Notes: generated from the sequence alone by a model not told the origin. Numbered from the stretch's first letter, positions 12,606 to 29,618 are shown. The stretch: DNA of 64,000 nucleotides from the human T2T-CHM13v2.0 reference genome, Homo sapiens (GCF_009914755.1 NC_060938.1); one strand, 5' to 3'. Made by a program: numbers and translations.

Positions 12606-15013
12606 TGATATCATTTGGATCTGTGTCCCCACCCAAATCTCATGTCAAACTGTAAGTCCCACTGTTGGAGGTGGGGTCTGTTGGGAGGCAATTGGATCAT
12701 CGGGCAGTTTCTCTTAAATGGTTTAGCACCATCTCCTTGGAGCTGTTCTTGTGACAGTGAGTGAGTTATTGTGAGTCTGGTTGTTAAAAGTGTATAGCAC
12801 CTCCCCACCTCTCACTCTTCTTCCTGCTTCCAGCCATGTGAAGTGCTGGCTCCCCCTTCACCTTCTGCCATGATTGTTAGCTTACTGAGGCCCCTGCAGA
12901 AGCCCAGCAGATGCATCATGCTTTCTGTATAACGTGCAGAACCATGAGCCAATTAAACTGCTTTTCTTTATAAATTACCCAGTCTCAGGTATTTCTTTAG
13001 AGCAATGTAAGAAAGGACTAATATAGAAAATTGGTAGAGGAATATGATATTGTTGTAAACATACCGGAAAATGTGAAAGTGGCTTTGAAACTGGATAGTG
13101 GGCAGAGATTGGAAGGGTTTGGAGATATCAGAAGAAGACAGGAAGATGAGGGCAAGTTTTGAACTTACTAGAGTCTTGTTACATTGTTGTGACCAAGCTA
13201 CTGATAGAGACACACAATGAAGTCCAGGCTGAGGAGGTCTCAGATGGAGATAAGGAACTTAATGGGAACTGGAGCAAAGGTCACTTTAGTTAGGCATTAG
13301 CAAAAAGGTTGGCTGCACTGTGCGCCTGCCCTAGGGATCTGTGGAATTTTGAACTTGAGAGTATCTCAAGTTCTGGTGGGTATCTGGTGGAAAAAATTTC
13401 TAAGCAGCAAAGCATTCAGGAGGTAATCTCACTACTTCTAACAAACTATTTTGATGTGTGTGAGCAAAGAAATGACCTCAAACTGAAACTTATATTTAGA
13501 AGGGAAGCAGAGTGTAGAAACTTGAAAAATTTGCAGCCTGGCCATGTGGTAGAACAAAAAGCCCATTTTCAGGAAAGAAATTCAAGCAAGCTGCAGAAAC
13601 TTGCTTAACTAAAAGGAAGGCAAATGCTGATAGCCAAGAAAATGAGGGATACCCTCCAGGGCATTTCAGAGACCTTTGTGGCAGCTCCTCCCATCACAGG
13701 CTCAGAGGACAACGAAGGAAGAATGGGACACTACTACATGCATCTCATCTGTTGCAGCTCTAGCCATGGCTCCAAGTGGCCCAGGTACAGTTCAGGATGC
13801 TGCTCCAGAGGGTTCAAGCCATAAGTCTTGATGGCTTCCATGTGGCATTAAGCCTGAGGGTGCACAGAGTACAAGAGTTGAGACTAGATTTCAGAGAATG
13901 TATGAACAAACGTAGATGTACAATCAGAAATCTGCTGCAGGGTCAGAGCCCTGATGGAGAATCTCTATGAGGGCACTGAAGAGGGGAAAGGTGGGGTTGG
14001 AGCCACCACACAGTGTCCCTACTGGACAACTATCTAGGGGAGCTATGAGAAGACGGACACTATCTTCCAGACCCCAGAATGGTAGATCCACCAGCACTTG
14101 TACCGTGTGCCTGGAACTGGTGCAAGCACTCAACACCAGCCCTTGAGAGCAGCTGTAGGAGCTGAACCCTGCAAAGTCACAGGAGTGGAGCAGCACAAGG
14201 CTTTGGGAGCTCAATCCTTGCAGTGGTATGCCCTGGATGGCATCAAAGGAGATTGTTAAGCTTTAAGACTTAATAACTTTCCTACTGGGTTTCAGACTTG
14301 CATGGGGCCCGTAGCCCCTTACTTTTGGCCAATTTCTCCCTTTTGAAATGGGAGTATTTACCCAATCCCTGTACCCCCATTATACATTATATCTTGGGAG
14401 TTTTTTTTTATTTTAATTTTACAGGGTCTTAGGCAGAAGGGGCTTGCCTCATCTCAGATAAGACTTTAGACTTTGGATGTTTGAGTTAATGCTGAAGTGA
14501 GTTAAGACTTTGGGGGACTGATGGGAAGGCATGATTATATTTTGCAAACTGAGAAAGACATAAAATTTGGGAGGGACTAGGGCAAAATAATATGGTTTGG
14601 ATCTATGTCCCCAACCAAATCTCATGTCAAATTGTAATACCCAGTGTTGGAGGTGGGGCCTGATGGGAGGTTATTGGATTGTGGAGTGGTTTCTTTTTAA
14701 TGGTTTAATACCATTTCCTTGGTGCTATTCTTATGATAGTGAGTGAGTGAGTTATTAGGAAATCTGGTTGTTAAAAGGGTGTAGCACCTCCCCACCTCTC
14801 ACTTTTCTTCCTGCTCCCAGCTATATGAAGCACCAGCTCCCTCTTCATTTTCCCACCATGGTTATACATTTCATGAGGCCTCCCCAGATGCCCGGCAGAT
14901 GCAACATTCTTTCTGTACAGCATGCAGAACTGTGAGTCAGTTAGACCTCTTTTCTTTATAAATTACCCAATCTCAGGTATTTCTTTATAGCAATGCAATA
15001 ATGGACTAATACA
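12606..15013 (+). mobile_element. Full-length MaLR provirus MSTA (LTR 12606-13025, internal 13026-14587, LTR 14588-15013)
   Basis: Both LTRs start T(G/A)ATAT..TTTGGATCT.TGTCCCCA.CCAAATCTCATGTC and end GGACTAATA(T/C)A; MaLR internal sequence between them; 5-bp TSD CACAT/CACCT. Confidence 0.93.
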
Positions 15014-15240
15014 CACCTAATAATATTATTTCCTTGAATCACACAATCAATTACCAAAATCCTCTGTGTGAAATGGCTGGCTTCCTTTTATTGGTGGTTA
15101 ACTGCTAATTAAACAACACTTTTGGCGTTTCAATTTTGTTGTTATTATTGTTCAAAGCTTGTACAAAGCCTCCATCAAGTAGTGCAATTCTCCAGCTTCT
15201 GTCACTCCTGGACAACATTTGTATTTAAAAATACCTTTCA

Positions 15241-15541
15241 GCCAGGTGACACACACCTGTTGTCCCAGCTACTCAGGATGCTGAGGCGGGAGGAACACTT
15301 GAGCCCAGGAGTTCTGGGTTGTATGCACTATGCTGATGAAGTGTCTGCACTAAGTTTGGCATCAATATGTTAGCTTCCAGGGAGCAGAGGACCACCAGGT
15401 TTCCTAAGGAGTGGTCAACTCAAAAATTGAGCAGAATAAAACTCCTCTGCTTATCAGTAGTGGGATGACCCCTTTGAATAGTCACTGCACTACAACCTGG
15501 GCCACATAGTGAGACCCTATTTCTTAACAAAAAAAAGAAAG
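15241..15541 (+). pseudogene. RN7SL: 7SL (SRP RNA) processed pseudogene
   Basis: Alu-domain ends plus S-domain CACTATGCTGAT...GTGTCTGCACTAAGTTTGGCATCAATATG...GACCACCAGGTT..CCTAAGGAG...ATCAGTAGTGGGAT; A-tail; TSD AAATACCTT(T/C)CA at 15229-15240 and 15542-15553. Confidence 0.93.
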
Positions 15542-18500
15542 AAATACCTTCCATATTTCTGCAAGTATGTGAGTTATCTTTGATGTAGTGTTACCTTTTC
15601 GCAGTGAATGAAGTGTAATAACCTCTTGCTCATTTTGTTTACAAAAATAAATAAATAAATAAAAGCAGGGACATTCTAAGTGGAATCAAGTTCTAAGTAA
15701 TCCAGACATAATACTATTTATAGAATAATTCAATTTTTATGATATATTTCATGTTTTGCTATCCTCAGTTATATTTACTCACATATAGTTACACTTGTCA
15801 ATGTCCTAGCTATAATCACCTATTTTTAGATTTTAATAAATATAATTAAATTAATAGCATTTCTATTTTTATAACAAGTTCTAAAATTAAGCCACAGTTG
15901 AAAATTCATGATAAGATTAAGTTTGATTTTTATTTCACTTTTATATGTATGAATCTTAAGAATTTGGTATTTCCTATCTAATATTTGTCTTTCTGTTCTT
16001 GGAAACTAATTTCAAATTATTTACAAGTTTCAGAAGTATGCACCCAGTGAAGAATCCAATATCATTTTGTTCAATATACCTATAATTTGAACTTAAATAT
16101 GTATACTTCCACAAATGTCACTGAAGCAAGTATTTCAAGTATTTATTTCCAGGTATAATTTCAATTATGGGGTATTCAGATATCTTGTTATATCAACAAC
16201 TAAACATAACATATTAAATTATTTGAGATATAAAAAGTATATCTTGAAAACAGTGCAGTTCTAAATCTTTAAGGTAGGAAAGCAGCTCAGCAAATGTTTT
16301 CCTCCACTGTCCATGAGGCAAATATCTAATGACTGTACACACACAATCACACTCACACACATACATACACATTCTGTCTCAAATATAGATATATATTCAC
16401 ACTCTGATTCAATGAATTCAACCTCATGACTAAGGATTTGAATAGATAGTGTTTTTTAACCTTCATCCTTTCCTCTACTGAAATTTATAATTGAATTAGC
16501 TTACTTATTTCCTAGTATAAACATTCCAGCATTGTGATACTATGATAAGGTTAAGATGTGAAAGTGTTTTTTACCATTTATTATAGAAAAACTATCTTAT
16601 TTTCAGATTTATAACAACCTTTTCAAATCCACTAAGGAAAAGTGTCTATGCCTTATAGATTGAAAAGCTCATCTTTACCAGTTAATTTACATTTTACTTT
16701 TTCCTAAAACAAAAGGCTCTCCATATCTGTAGGTACACAGTTTGACTTAATTATCCTATGTTATATATTGTACATAATTATATGAGAGGTAGTGGCAATT
16801 TAAACAAATAAAATGATGGCTATTTCTTTTTATTAACTTCATCATATTTCACTGAGGTTTTCCTTACTTTAGGCTTCCTTGATGGCTGCAATGTATGCTA
16901 AAAGTAAATTTTTATGTGAAATGTTTAAAATATTTGAAAATGATGCTTATTGTTTGTCAGGTTTTGCCACTATTAGCATGACTCAGTACCCATAGAGTCT
17001 GTCTCTTAGGCATGTGAAGCAAATGATTTCTCTGACCCAAAACATTTCATATGCCTTAAAAGTCAAACAATGCAAAGATGTGATATTTAGAATACTAGTT
17101 ACATAATAATGGATAATGACTTAGCTTTTAAAACAACTGCTTTAAACATGACACATTTAAAGCTAATTTGTAACTTTCATATGTTTCTGAAACTTTTACA
17201 GTCACTAAATAATTTGAGTAAAGCAAATGGGTTTCAGACCGATTACAATTTGGAAAGATTGATTATAAATTTTGAATAATATGTAACAAAGAAAAATGTG
17301 GTCACTTGATTATATACCTCTTCCCCAAGATCAAGTAAATACTTTATCAGTAGAAAAAAGAAAGAAAAGCAAAAAGAAAAGAAAAAGAAAGCAACACTGC
17401 TATATAGAACATTTTTTTTTCTAAATGGAATCCAGCAGCAAAAAAAAGATAATTGAAGATACTATTAAAAGATACAATTTAATATTAATATTGACCACAT
17501 TTATAAATTCACATACTTTTATAAAACATATGCACTTCTGAGTATAAAGCACACATAATACAAAAAAGATTATTACATTTTAAATTGTTAAAATTTCCTT
17601 GTTTTTCCACACCTGATGATTACTCTCAATCTCAACAATATAATTACAAATAATGTTTATTATTCAAAATAGATTATTTTGTGTGTGTGTGTTTTATTCA
17701 ATTAGGTGGTAAATTATAAGATTTTGCCAGGTGATTCAGAGAAGTAGCCTGGAAAAGTTTATATAGATGGTACTAAATGAAAGATAGAAAATTAAAAATT
17801 TATAGTTAAATTTATTAGAAACTTAAAATTCTTTAAAAAATTATAGCTAGGTAAATAAATCAACTAAATTTTTCCTTTTTCCTTCATATTGCAGAGTGTA
17901 TTATTCCAGCCGGTTTACAATGCAGGCTTCCCATTTTGATACTAATTTTAACCTGATTTTATATATCAATATTAAGGAGACAAAAAATAAATGTGATTTT
18001 CTCCAGCTCTATATCCCTCCAAGGAGAGCTTTGGAACTGAAATCCTAATCGGGGGTTACATTTTTAATATTTTTGTCTCAAATGAATTTGGAGTCCTCCA
18101 TAGTATTTCCAAAGTTGCAGAGCAGAAAAGAGGTTACCAATAAAATTGGGTAGTTCTCATCCCAATTACAGAATTAGGCCAAGTTATGAGATATGCAGCA
18201 AATATCCACTCAGAAAGATTGAATATTTAAATATTTTAATTTATGAAGTATTAACCTATTGCTCAGTTATAGTATTTTGGAAATTTTTCTTTAAAAAATG
18301 TATCAAACTTGTGGTTAGATGACATTACTGACTCATTTTGCATCTGATCAAAACAAATAATGCATAAAACAAAGCAATGTAAGTTATAAAGCATTTTAAA
18401 ATTGAAATAAGAGATCTTTATTTCTGTTGCATATCAAATGGGATTTATTGACTTCCTTTTCTCAAAAATGTCATATAGAAAACATTTCTACCCTATAAAA

Positions 18501-19546
18501 ATTACTAATAACATTAGCATCAATGACTTACAAGTAGACACAAGTAAGATGAAACACAGATTAATTCATACCATCAAATTCATATGGCCAAGTATAATCC
18601 CATTATATAACTATTTTCTATCACTAAGCATAGTCCAGCTATAAGTGTAAAAGTATGATGAAAAATATTGCTAAGACATTAAGTGAAAATATACTGAAAA
18701 GAATTCTTAAAGACAAGAAATACAAGAACACACCAATTTGCCATCACACTTTATGTTCAGCCCTTTAGTGAAAAAAAAAGTTTTCTAATTAATATTTCTT
18801 TTACACTGGGGACAAGTACATAATATAGTCATCAATTTGCTTAGATTCTGAAATACCATTCATTTATGTACATATTTTCTCTATTCAAATGTACTATTCA
18901 CATCACTTATCAATTTGCATATAGTAAATCATCATGCATAATTTACCATATTTTGAATATTTTATTAATAATGACCCTTTTCTACAATTTTTATATGCAC
19001 TTAAATTTTAAACAGCCAAACATTCAAAGGCTTAAAAATCAACACCTGAATTTTAAAATACTATTTGTATGAAATGAAATATTTAATTACAAATGTTAAC
19101 TATATGTTATTGCTGTAACTATTGGGATAGACAGTGGGCAGTTAGTATAAGCTACTTTGTTAATAAATAAAATTTTAAAAATAATCAATGGAATGTTCAT
19201 TTCAAACTACTTTGTTATTTCATTTCATTTAAATTTAGCATAAACTTTACTTTGGCAGCCAATTCCTTAGTTGTTCTTCTCCATTAACTCATGACTACTT
19301 TAGCTCTTGATGCCAAGCATGATGATGTTTGGTTTCAGAAGTTGCCACATTAACTTCTGATTGAAGTTAACTACAGATTGATTCAATCTGTAGCATGATT
19401 GAAGCTACAATCATGCTAACCAATTTTGACAATTTTATATTTTATAGGGCCTAGTTCTAACATTCCACTGTTATTTAATTTTATAAATATTTTTTAAAAT
19501 CTTGTTACTAAATTAAAAATAGACCTCTGGAAAATAAATCGAAAGG

Positions 19547-19851
19547 TTTTTTTGTTTTTTGTTTTTTGAGACAGAGTCTCACTCACTCTATCACTCAGGC
19601 CAGAGTGCAGCAGCCTGATCTTGGCTCACTGCAACCTCTGCTTCCTGGGTTCAAGCGATTCTGCTGCCTCAGTCTCCCAAGTACCTGAGAATACAGGTGC
19701 CCACAACCATGCCTGGATAATTTTTGTAGTTTTAGTAGAGATGGGGTTTTGCCATGTTGGCCAGGCTGGTCTCAACTCCTGACCTAGGTGATCCGCTCGT
19801 CTGGGTCTCCGAAAGTTCTGGGATTACAGGCATGAGCCACTGTTCCCTGCC
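19547..19851 (-). mobile_element. Alu (AluS-type)
   Basis: Antisense Alu with T-rich tail; degenerate TSD AAAT..AAAG(G)TTTT. Confidence 0.95.
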
Positions 19852-19994
19852 AAATTAAAAGTTTTTGTATGAAAAAGATATACACAAAGCAAAGATACTT
19901 TTACAGTATGAAAGTGAATTATAATTGAGAAAAATATCTGCAGGCCATAATAGAATAGTTCTATTTCAATAGTTTGCAAACAATTTGTTAGTTC

Positions 19995-20418
19995 TGCTGA
20001 ATAAAAAAATTTCCAACACTTGTTAAAATGGTTAAGGATCACTTTATTTAAGATTAAAATGATAGGTGTCAAGATGATTCTAATAGGAAGAGAGATAAGG
20101 TTCAACTCTGAACACAGCAAAGATATCTGGGAAGTGCAGCTAATGAGCAGAGTGAAAGGTTGTCGATGAATACAAATTACTAAGAGGAGACATCAAGGGT
20201 AGGGGATTTCTTGTTAGCTAACGTAAGAGGATTCTTGCTGACGGCAAGCCAGAGTGATCAGATATCAAGAGTGGGAGATTCTCTCTAAAGTGACTTAGCA
20301 GCATTCTTGCAACAGCTGGACTAGGCAGTGTAAAGACAGGGCCCAAGGACAAAGTAGAGTCAAAAAGAGTGCTCCTAGAAGCCTGACTAAAGCATAGACA
20401 AGAAGAAAGTCTTCATCA
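19995..20418 (-). mobile_element. ERV1 solo LTR (MER31/MER67 group)
   Basis: Minus strand begins TGATGAAGACTTTCTTCTTG...TTTAGTCAGGCT; TG...CA termini; 4-bp TSD GTTC at 19991-19994 and 20419-20422. Confidence 0.8.
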
Positions 20419-22499
20419 GTTCAAAAGTCACTTTCTATACTTATGATTTGGCCATGAGCATTCCTATCTTTACTTAGTTTGGAGGAGTGGACTCAGCAGC
20501 ATGTATGTTATGGGAAAAAAAGAGATTCAGAAAAATTACTTACATAAGTTTGAAAGGCAAGATGAATCTGGCCATATGGTAAAATCCAACAGAACTCTTC
20601 TGGTTATGAGTAATTTGTAAAATAATTCATACATTGCCCATTATATGCGTTAGATATATGTAAATTTTACCATGCTCATTCTTCAGAACAGAAAAAGTGA
20701 AATACAAAGGCAAACATGGTAAAGCAATTTATTTTAGTTTTCATGAGAAGTTGTTCTTCTAGAGTATGTTATATGACTCTATGCCCTCAGTTTGAACTCT
20801 CATTGAACCATATCTAAATTAACTAATAAAATGAACTTTGAATTACATATGCCACTGTGTGCAAATTAACATTCATTGACTGTATGTGTATGTAAATATT
20901 GGCCAGTAAACAGAGCCATTTACATCTTCATAAAGAGAATAACATTTCCAACTAAAATTCCTTCTAAAATTGGACTCATATCAATTGGAAGTATTTCAAA
21001 CAATTACTAAACTGATTTACTTGGACAAACATAGAAAATATTATCTAAGCTATGTGTACCTATTTTTTATATTCCTAGAAATTAGGGGGAACTTTTATTT
21101 CCTTTGATTGAATATGAGTTTCTAACTTAACAAAATATATAATAGTGAGTCAGTAAAATGAATACTTTTACCAAGGATGGAAAGTGTTCTGAATTATCTA
21201 AAAGACATTTTCATTGCAGTTAACATTTGCCTGTGTAGAACAGATTAATATTAAAATCTATTTTTTCTTTTAACAAAATTTAGCAAATGAGGAATTTTCT
21301 ATTGGTTCATTTCTTCTGACATTTCTTCTATGTTGACCCTTCTCCCACTTCATGTTGCAAGATGTGAGATCTTACTTCATTTATCACATTCATATTCAAG
21401 GCAAACTAAATAGAATCAGGATGATAGGCTTGTACATTTATGCTTTTTTACAGAAACCTTTAGAGAAGGGTTCAGCTATATTGTATCTCACCTATAAAAG
21501 GTGGTTCACATTTCCAAATGGATAAAGGCTAGAAAAATCAAGAAAAAGAGCTGTCATGAGTACATGACAGCAAACATAATTTGGGGCTTAGACTCATGAC
21601 CAAATTGAAGTTCTGTAAGAAAGAAATTAAGAGAAAATTAATATTGGGCAGGCAAAATCCATGTTGGTATATCCTTATGCATATAACTAGAAATATATTG
21701 CTAATTTTAATAAACTTACTTTCAAAAATGTATTCTGTGTTATTATACTTTAACATGTGTTCAGTAACTGCGTGTGTTCCTAAACCTTGTCATATTTGGA
21801 TATGATTTTTAGCCATAAATAGTGGGGCAAGATGGAAAATCTGAAGTTTTACAAAAACTAAATATAAGACAAAAACAATATATATTCAACTAAAAAGGAG
21901 TTGGCAACAAACTTCTCTGATTCTATATCAAATCCCAAAAAACAATGGAATATGTATCAGTAATTATTGACTACCATAGGGTAATAATAATAATAAATGG
22001 TCATAAAATAAATTAGTTAATGGAAAATGATAGATATTAATTATTGAATGATAAAGCACAATGTAAAACAAAATGATAGAAATAATCATACTCACAAACA
22101 TAACAATCTGTATGTAGAAGTCTAGGTTTTCCAAATTAAAGCTGGTTACTCACAAAATCCTTGAAAAGAGTGAGAAGTTGGTGGGGTGATTATATTTTTA
22201 AGCTATGAAGTCAGATAGTGTGATGTTTCATCTCAGTACCACTATAAAATAAAGTTTTAATCCTGTTCATGTCACTCTTAATTTTCACTAGCTTTTTAGG
22301 TAAGGAAAATTCATGTCCATCCCTTCCTTGATTCATCTCTTTCAAAAGCAACATTTTAAATGGTTGATGACTTAACATCACTGCAACTGTTTTCTCCTTC
22401 ATTTAAGAACATAATCAACCATTTATGTGGGCATGTTTATTTTACACCTCAATTTTGGCTCAAGGAATATAACACATAGTGGCTTCTTTCTTTCATTTG

Positions 22500-23236
22500 C
22501 CATATCAAATCCATGAACACCTGCCTTTAAGATGTATCAGATTACTTTTACCTCTTACTAGACATGTCCAGGCAACTGCCAAAGCACTGGATCATTGGAA
22601 TAGCTTCATAAGTGATGACCCTATTTCTCTCACTTTCATTCCTAGAGGCTGTTTTTCAGCCAGGAGTCAGAATAATTATAAAACATAAATCAAATAATTT
22701 CACTGTCTTGCTCATAGCTTTCTAATTGTTCCCCTTCTCAAAGTAAAACCCCAAACCTTGTCATTGTTTGTGAAAGCAACAATATGGGATCCTTCTCCAT
22801 ACCTCCCCCAATTTATTTTATCACAGCCCTCATTGTTTTGGTCATTCTATCCTTAAGAGCCTCCTGATATTTCTTGGAAATGCCAAGATTCACCCACCTT
22901 AGAAACCACTTTGTTTTTCTGTCTTTAAAAGAGACATGCGCTGTAGATATTTGCTTGCTACTCTACTTACTTCTGGACATCTCAGCAGAATTCTTTTGAG
23001 AGGCAGACAGTCACTCTGGATCTGCATTCAAATTTCACCCTAGAACTTATCCGCATGTTAATACTGCGTTTCATTTTTTAATTTTTCACTGCCTTTCTCT
23101 CCCAAAAAGAAAGAACATAAGCTCTTTTAGTCAGGGACAGCTATTTTTTTTTTTTTCTGTTTTCTCTTTTTCTTAACCTGGCATGAAGACACATTTCTGG
23201 CATAGAGCAAATGAATAATAAATATTTGTTGAATAA
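22500..23236 (+). mobile_element. L2 3' portion
   Basis: Degenerate L2 body ending CTGGCATAGAGC...AATAAATATTTGTTGAATAA. Confidence 0.75.
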
Positions 23237-23479
23237 TCTTGCATAAGTTAATCCTTAATTTGTCAACTGTTGATTCATTTTGCTCTGAAATCAATGACAA
23301 TAAAAAAGAATTGTACTTCTATTTTGTACTTTTTTACTCAGAGTAAATATTTATTGAGATTTAATTTGTGCCCTGTAAACTGCTAAACTCCTAAATCCAT
23401 TACGTCTATTTCTCCCATGAGGTAAATATTTGCTCTTCATTGAGGATATAGCCAGCAAGGCAGAAACTAGTCTAGGACT

Positions 23480-23930
23480 TACAAACAATCTGATTTTATT
23501 ATGTGGAGCAGGTAACATCAGGGTGAAAATAACTAAGAAACAAAGCAAGGAATAGTGATGAAAGTATTAGCACTAGCAGAGAACTAATCCTTTCCTCATG
23601 ATAGTAAGGTCAATGGGAGAAACTAAAGTTCCAGAGATCCAGTAATGAGCCATTTCACAGTAGAATTACTGCTGGTGAGAAATGGGACCAGGGAGAAATA
23701 TGATCTCTGATGTAGGTGTCATTAGAAGCAGAGAAAACAAACAAACAAAAACAGAAGTGGCCCTTCTCCTTGCCTTTTCCTGCCCTTCAATCTTTGGTTT
23801 TTGCCTTCCCTTGCCTGAATCTACCCAAAGACTAGATGACAAGGAAGCATGGGAAATGCAGATTTCTGTTACAGTGAAAAAATAAAAGAAAACTGCTGAG
23901 GAAATTGATCTGAGTGCAAACAAACTTTGA
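23480..23930 (-). mobile_element. ERVL LTR33-like fragment
   Basis: CTTCCCTTGCCTGAATCTACCCAAAGACTAGATGACAAGGAAGCATGGGAAATGCAG resembles antisense LTR33. Confidence 0.5.
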
Positions 23931-23982
23931 TCAGCATATTATATTATCATGTCATTTTACAGATTAAAAAATACAAGTTCAG

Positions 23983-24276
23983 GGTTCGGGCTTACACCTG
24001 TAATCCCAGCACTTTGGGAGGCCAAGAGGGTTAGATCACCGGGTCAGGAGATCGAGACCATCCTGACTAACATGGTGAAATCCTGTCTCTACTAAAAATA
24101 CAAAAAATTAGCCGGGCATGGTGGTGGGTGCCTGTAGTCCCAGCTACTCAGGAGGCTGAGGCAGGAGGATGGCGTGAACCTGGGAAGTGGAGCTGGCAGT
24201 GAGCCGAGATCGTGCTATTGCATTCCAGCCTGGGATACAGAGCGAGACTCCATCTCAAAAAAAAATAATAATAATT
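23983..24276 (+). mobile_element. AluY-like element inserted in a MIR fragment
   Basis: GAGATCGAGACCATCCTGACTAAC; TSD CAAGTTCAG; the flanks CATTTTACAGATT...AGTTCAGAGAG are the MIR core. Confidence 0.93.
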
Positions 24277-24427
24277 CAAGTTCAGAGAGATGAAACAACT
24301 TTTTAAGGCAATCAGACTACAGATCTAACTGTCATTTACACTAAAACATTTTAGGAAAACAAAATCATAATGCTTTTGTGGTATTTTGATATTTCAAGAA
24401 AAATAGTTATAAGTTTTGGTGTGTGGC

Positions 24428-24451
24428 GTGTGTGTGTGTGTGTGTGTGTGT
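24428..24451. repeat. (GT)n microsatellite
   Basis: Read directly from the sequence. Confidence 0.95.
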
Positions 24452-25899
24452 ATAAAATGATTCTACATTAAATCAAAAATTTAACTTAAAATTTTAAAGA
24501 TAGAGTAAGGGCTGATAATAGGTTTACCACCAATGCACATTTTCAAGCAGTTAAGTGATTCTAATTAGTAAGAAAAAAACATAGCAGTCCATACCTAGCA
24601 TATGGGCTGGCATATAGTTGGCACTCAGTGACTGTCTTTTGAAAGTTATTATGCCCTTGAGGCTGTTACAATTCCAAAATGAGATGGAGCAAAGTTTGTG
24701 ATAGTTGTGATTGCACTTATAATTCACTTATAGGTGTTGAATTCTCAGTAAGGATAATCCAGGTACTTCACTTCCATTTATCCTTTGTAACATTTACTTA
24801 ATACACACTTTGTGCTCTTATCAAACCTTTCTGTTATATTTTTAAAAGGTTTATTTGCCCTCCAGTTTAACTGGAGAAATAGTGTTTTATTCAAAGTTAT
24901 GAAAAAGGACTTCCTCATTCTATTATTTCTACACAAATATTTATTACAAATATATAGATTACTTAAGTAGCTACTTATCTGATGACTTACAAAATGATTT
25001 GAGAACAATTTAAAGTTACGTGGTGTGCTTTCTGTACACATAACCCACATACTAAGTAATTTATAAAAATACATAAAATAGGAAATTAACTTAAAGGTCA
25101 CTAGGCTCTCAGAAGAATAAATGACCTTTGATGTTGGAAATCACTATTTTTTTCAGGTTTTGCATAATATATTATGTATCACTGCTCTCAAGGTATTTCT
25201 TATAAAAATTAAAAGAAAACTCATACAGAATGAACTGTTATAAAATATGTAAAATTTTAGAAACTCTCATAATTATATGAATACTTAAAGCACTGCTCTG
25301 GAAAAATAATTGAAAGATAAAAGGACATTTATCTTAAATGGTAGTAATTTTCATGTTTATTTAAAATAAGCACAGATAAAATTCTGAAAAAAGAATGATA
25401 AAGTAAACTCAGAGTAGAAAAATCCTTTAGTAGTGAAATAACAGGTAAAACAGGATGAAAATCTTTTAAATAATGTACTTAACTTACTTGGTTTTAAAAA
25501 GATCATCATCATGTGTAAAAGGCCATTTTATGTCCAGAGCAACGTTGGCCTTGGTCTAAGCCAAAATTCTTAGTAGAGTTTTTAGAGTGTTTGCTGTGGT
25601 AACATGTGTTAAACTTTTTTCAATATAGCTAATTCAAAAATTTTAAGTAAAATATATGTTAGCCCTATTCCTACCTGCCATGCCTCTCACATCTTATATC
25701 CTTATCTTATAACATCTGGCTGCTCCGTGATGGCCATTAAATCCCTGCTAGGAATTAGGAATCCATTCCTGTTTCAGGGTCCTCTTCATCACCTTCAAAT
25801 TGTTTATGTACAGTGTACTTTTGAAGGCTATACACTTTATATTTTTAACATTTAAAAGACAAATATTGATGCTATTTATTCACAGCTAAGTATATACGC

Positions 25900-26230
25900 A
25901 TTTAAATATTAATCCAATATATATGTATTTGGTGCACATTACACGCTGAGTACTTTTCTAGGCCCTGAGGCTAGAGCTGGGCACAACGGAGACAAGTCCT
26001 TGCTTTGTGAAGCAGAAAACAGATGACTTCCAGTAAAGTGCTAAGTTGTGCTTGGGAAAAATAAAATTAGAAAAGCAGCCAGAAGGTGTACTGGAGATGA
26101 CAAGAAACTGAGAAGAGAGGTTGCTGTTATATAGAAAGGGCGGAGAAGGCTTCTAGCAAAAAGCAGCATTTTACCAGCTATCTGAAGGATATGTGAAGCC
26201 CTAAGATCTTTAATTAGAAATGCTTTATTT
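25900..26230 (-). mobile_element. L2 fragment
   Basis: TTTTCTAGGCCCTGAGGCTAGAGC...AGACAAGTCCTTGCTTTGTGAAGC resembles antisense L2. Confidence 0.6.
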
Positions 26231-26957
26231 GCAAGAGCAACAAAATATAAAATATTGATAATTTTGACAACAAATAACTTAGGATTTTCAAAAGAAAAAT
26301 GACAAACTAGGTTGGCACCATGGCCTCTCACTTGTTATTTATTTAAGCCTAATTTCTCTACTTATATAAAGGATGCAATTTTCGTTTGGTATATGGTTTT
26401 ACTCAATATATGAAAATGTTGAGTAAATGTCAATTATTATTACAACTTTTAAAAACAAAAACAAGGGACAAAAGATGAGATTTGACTAAATCGTGACCAT
26501 GTTTTCTTAAATGAGTATTATCGATACGCATTTTTTTCCAAATTACTTTAGTTTTATAATTTTAAAACACATTAATGCATTCTAATTCTCCTCATTTATT
26601 GGAGTTAACATTTACTTTAATTAATAAAATTTTAGTCTATTTTTCTCTGTTTCAAAGACCTTTAAAATATGGATTTCACATTTTCACAAGATAATTTTTA
26701 GAATTTTTGTAAATATCCAAATGGGGTGCTTTCCTATTGTTGGGATATTCCCTTTTACTAATACTGCTTTCATATTCTCCTTTCTGTAATGTATCTTAAC
26801 TTCCTTTGTTGCAGAGAATGTGAACAATATCTGAAACTATACTATGGCCATACAAAAGTTGTCATGTTGTCTATGCTAACTGTTGTGCTAATTTTACTCT
26901 TTCGGTAGTGCCTGGTATAAAGTTTGGGTCTATCATGGTGATGTACTGGTGTACCTT

Positions 26958-29618
<2,661 letters not shown>

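Noticed and set aside
17865-17960. Strong-looking 3' splice site TTTTCCTTTTTCCTTCATATTGCAG
   Set aside because: No convincing donor or coding frame; a lncRNA exon cannot be supported without transcript data
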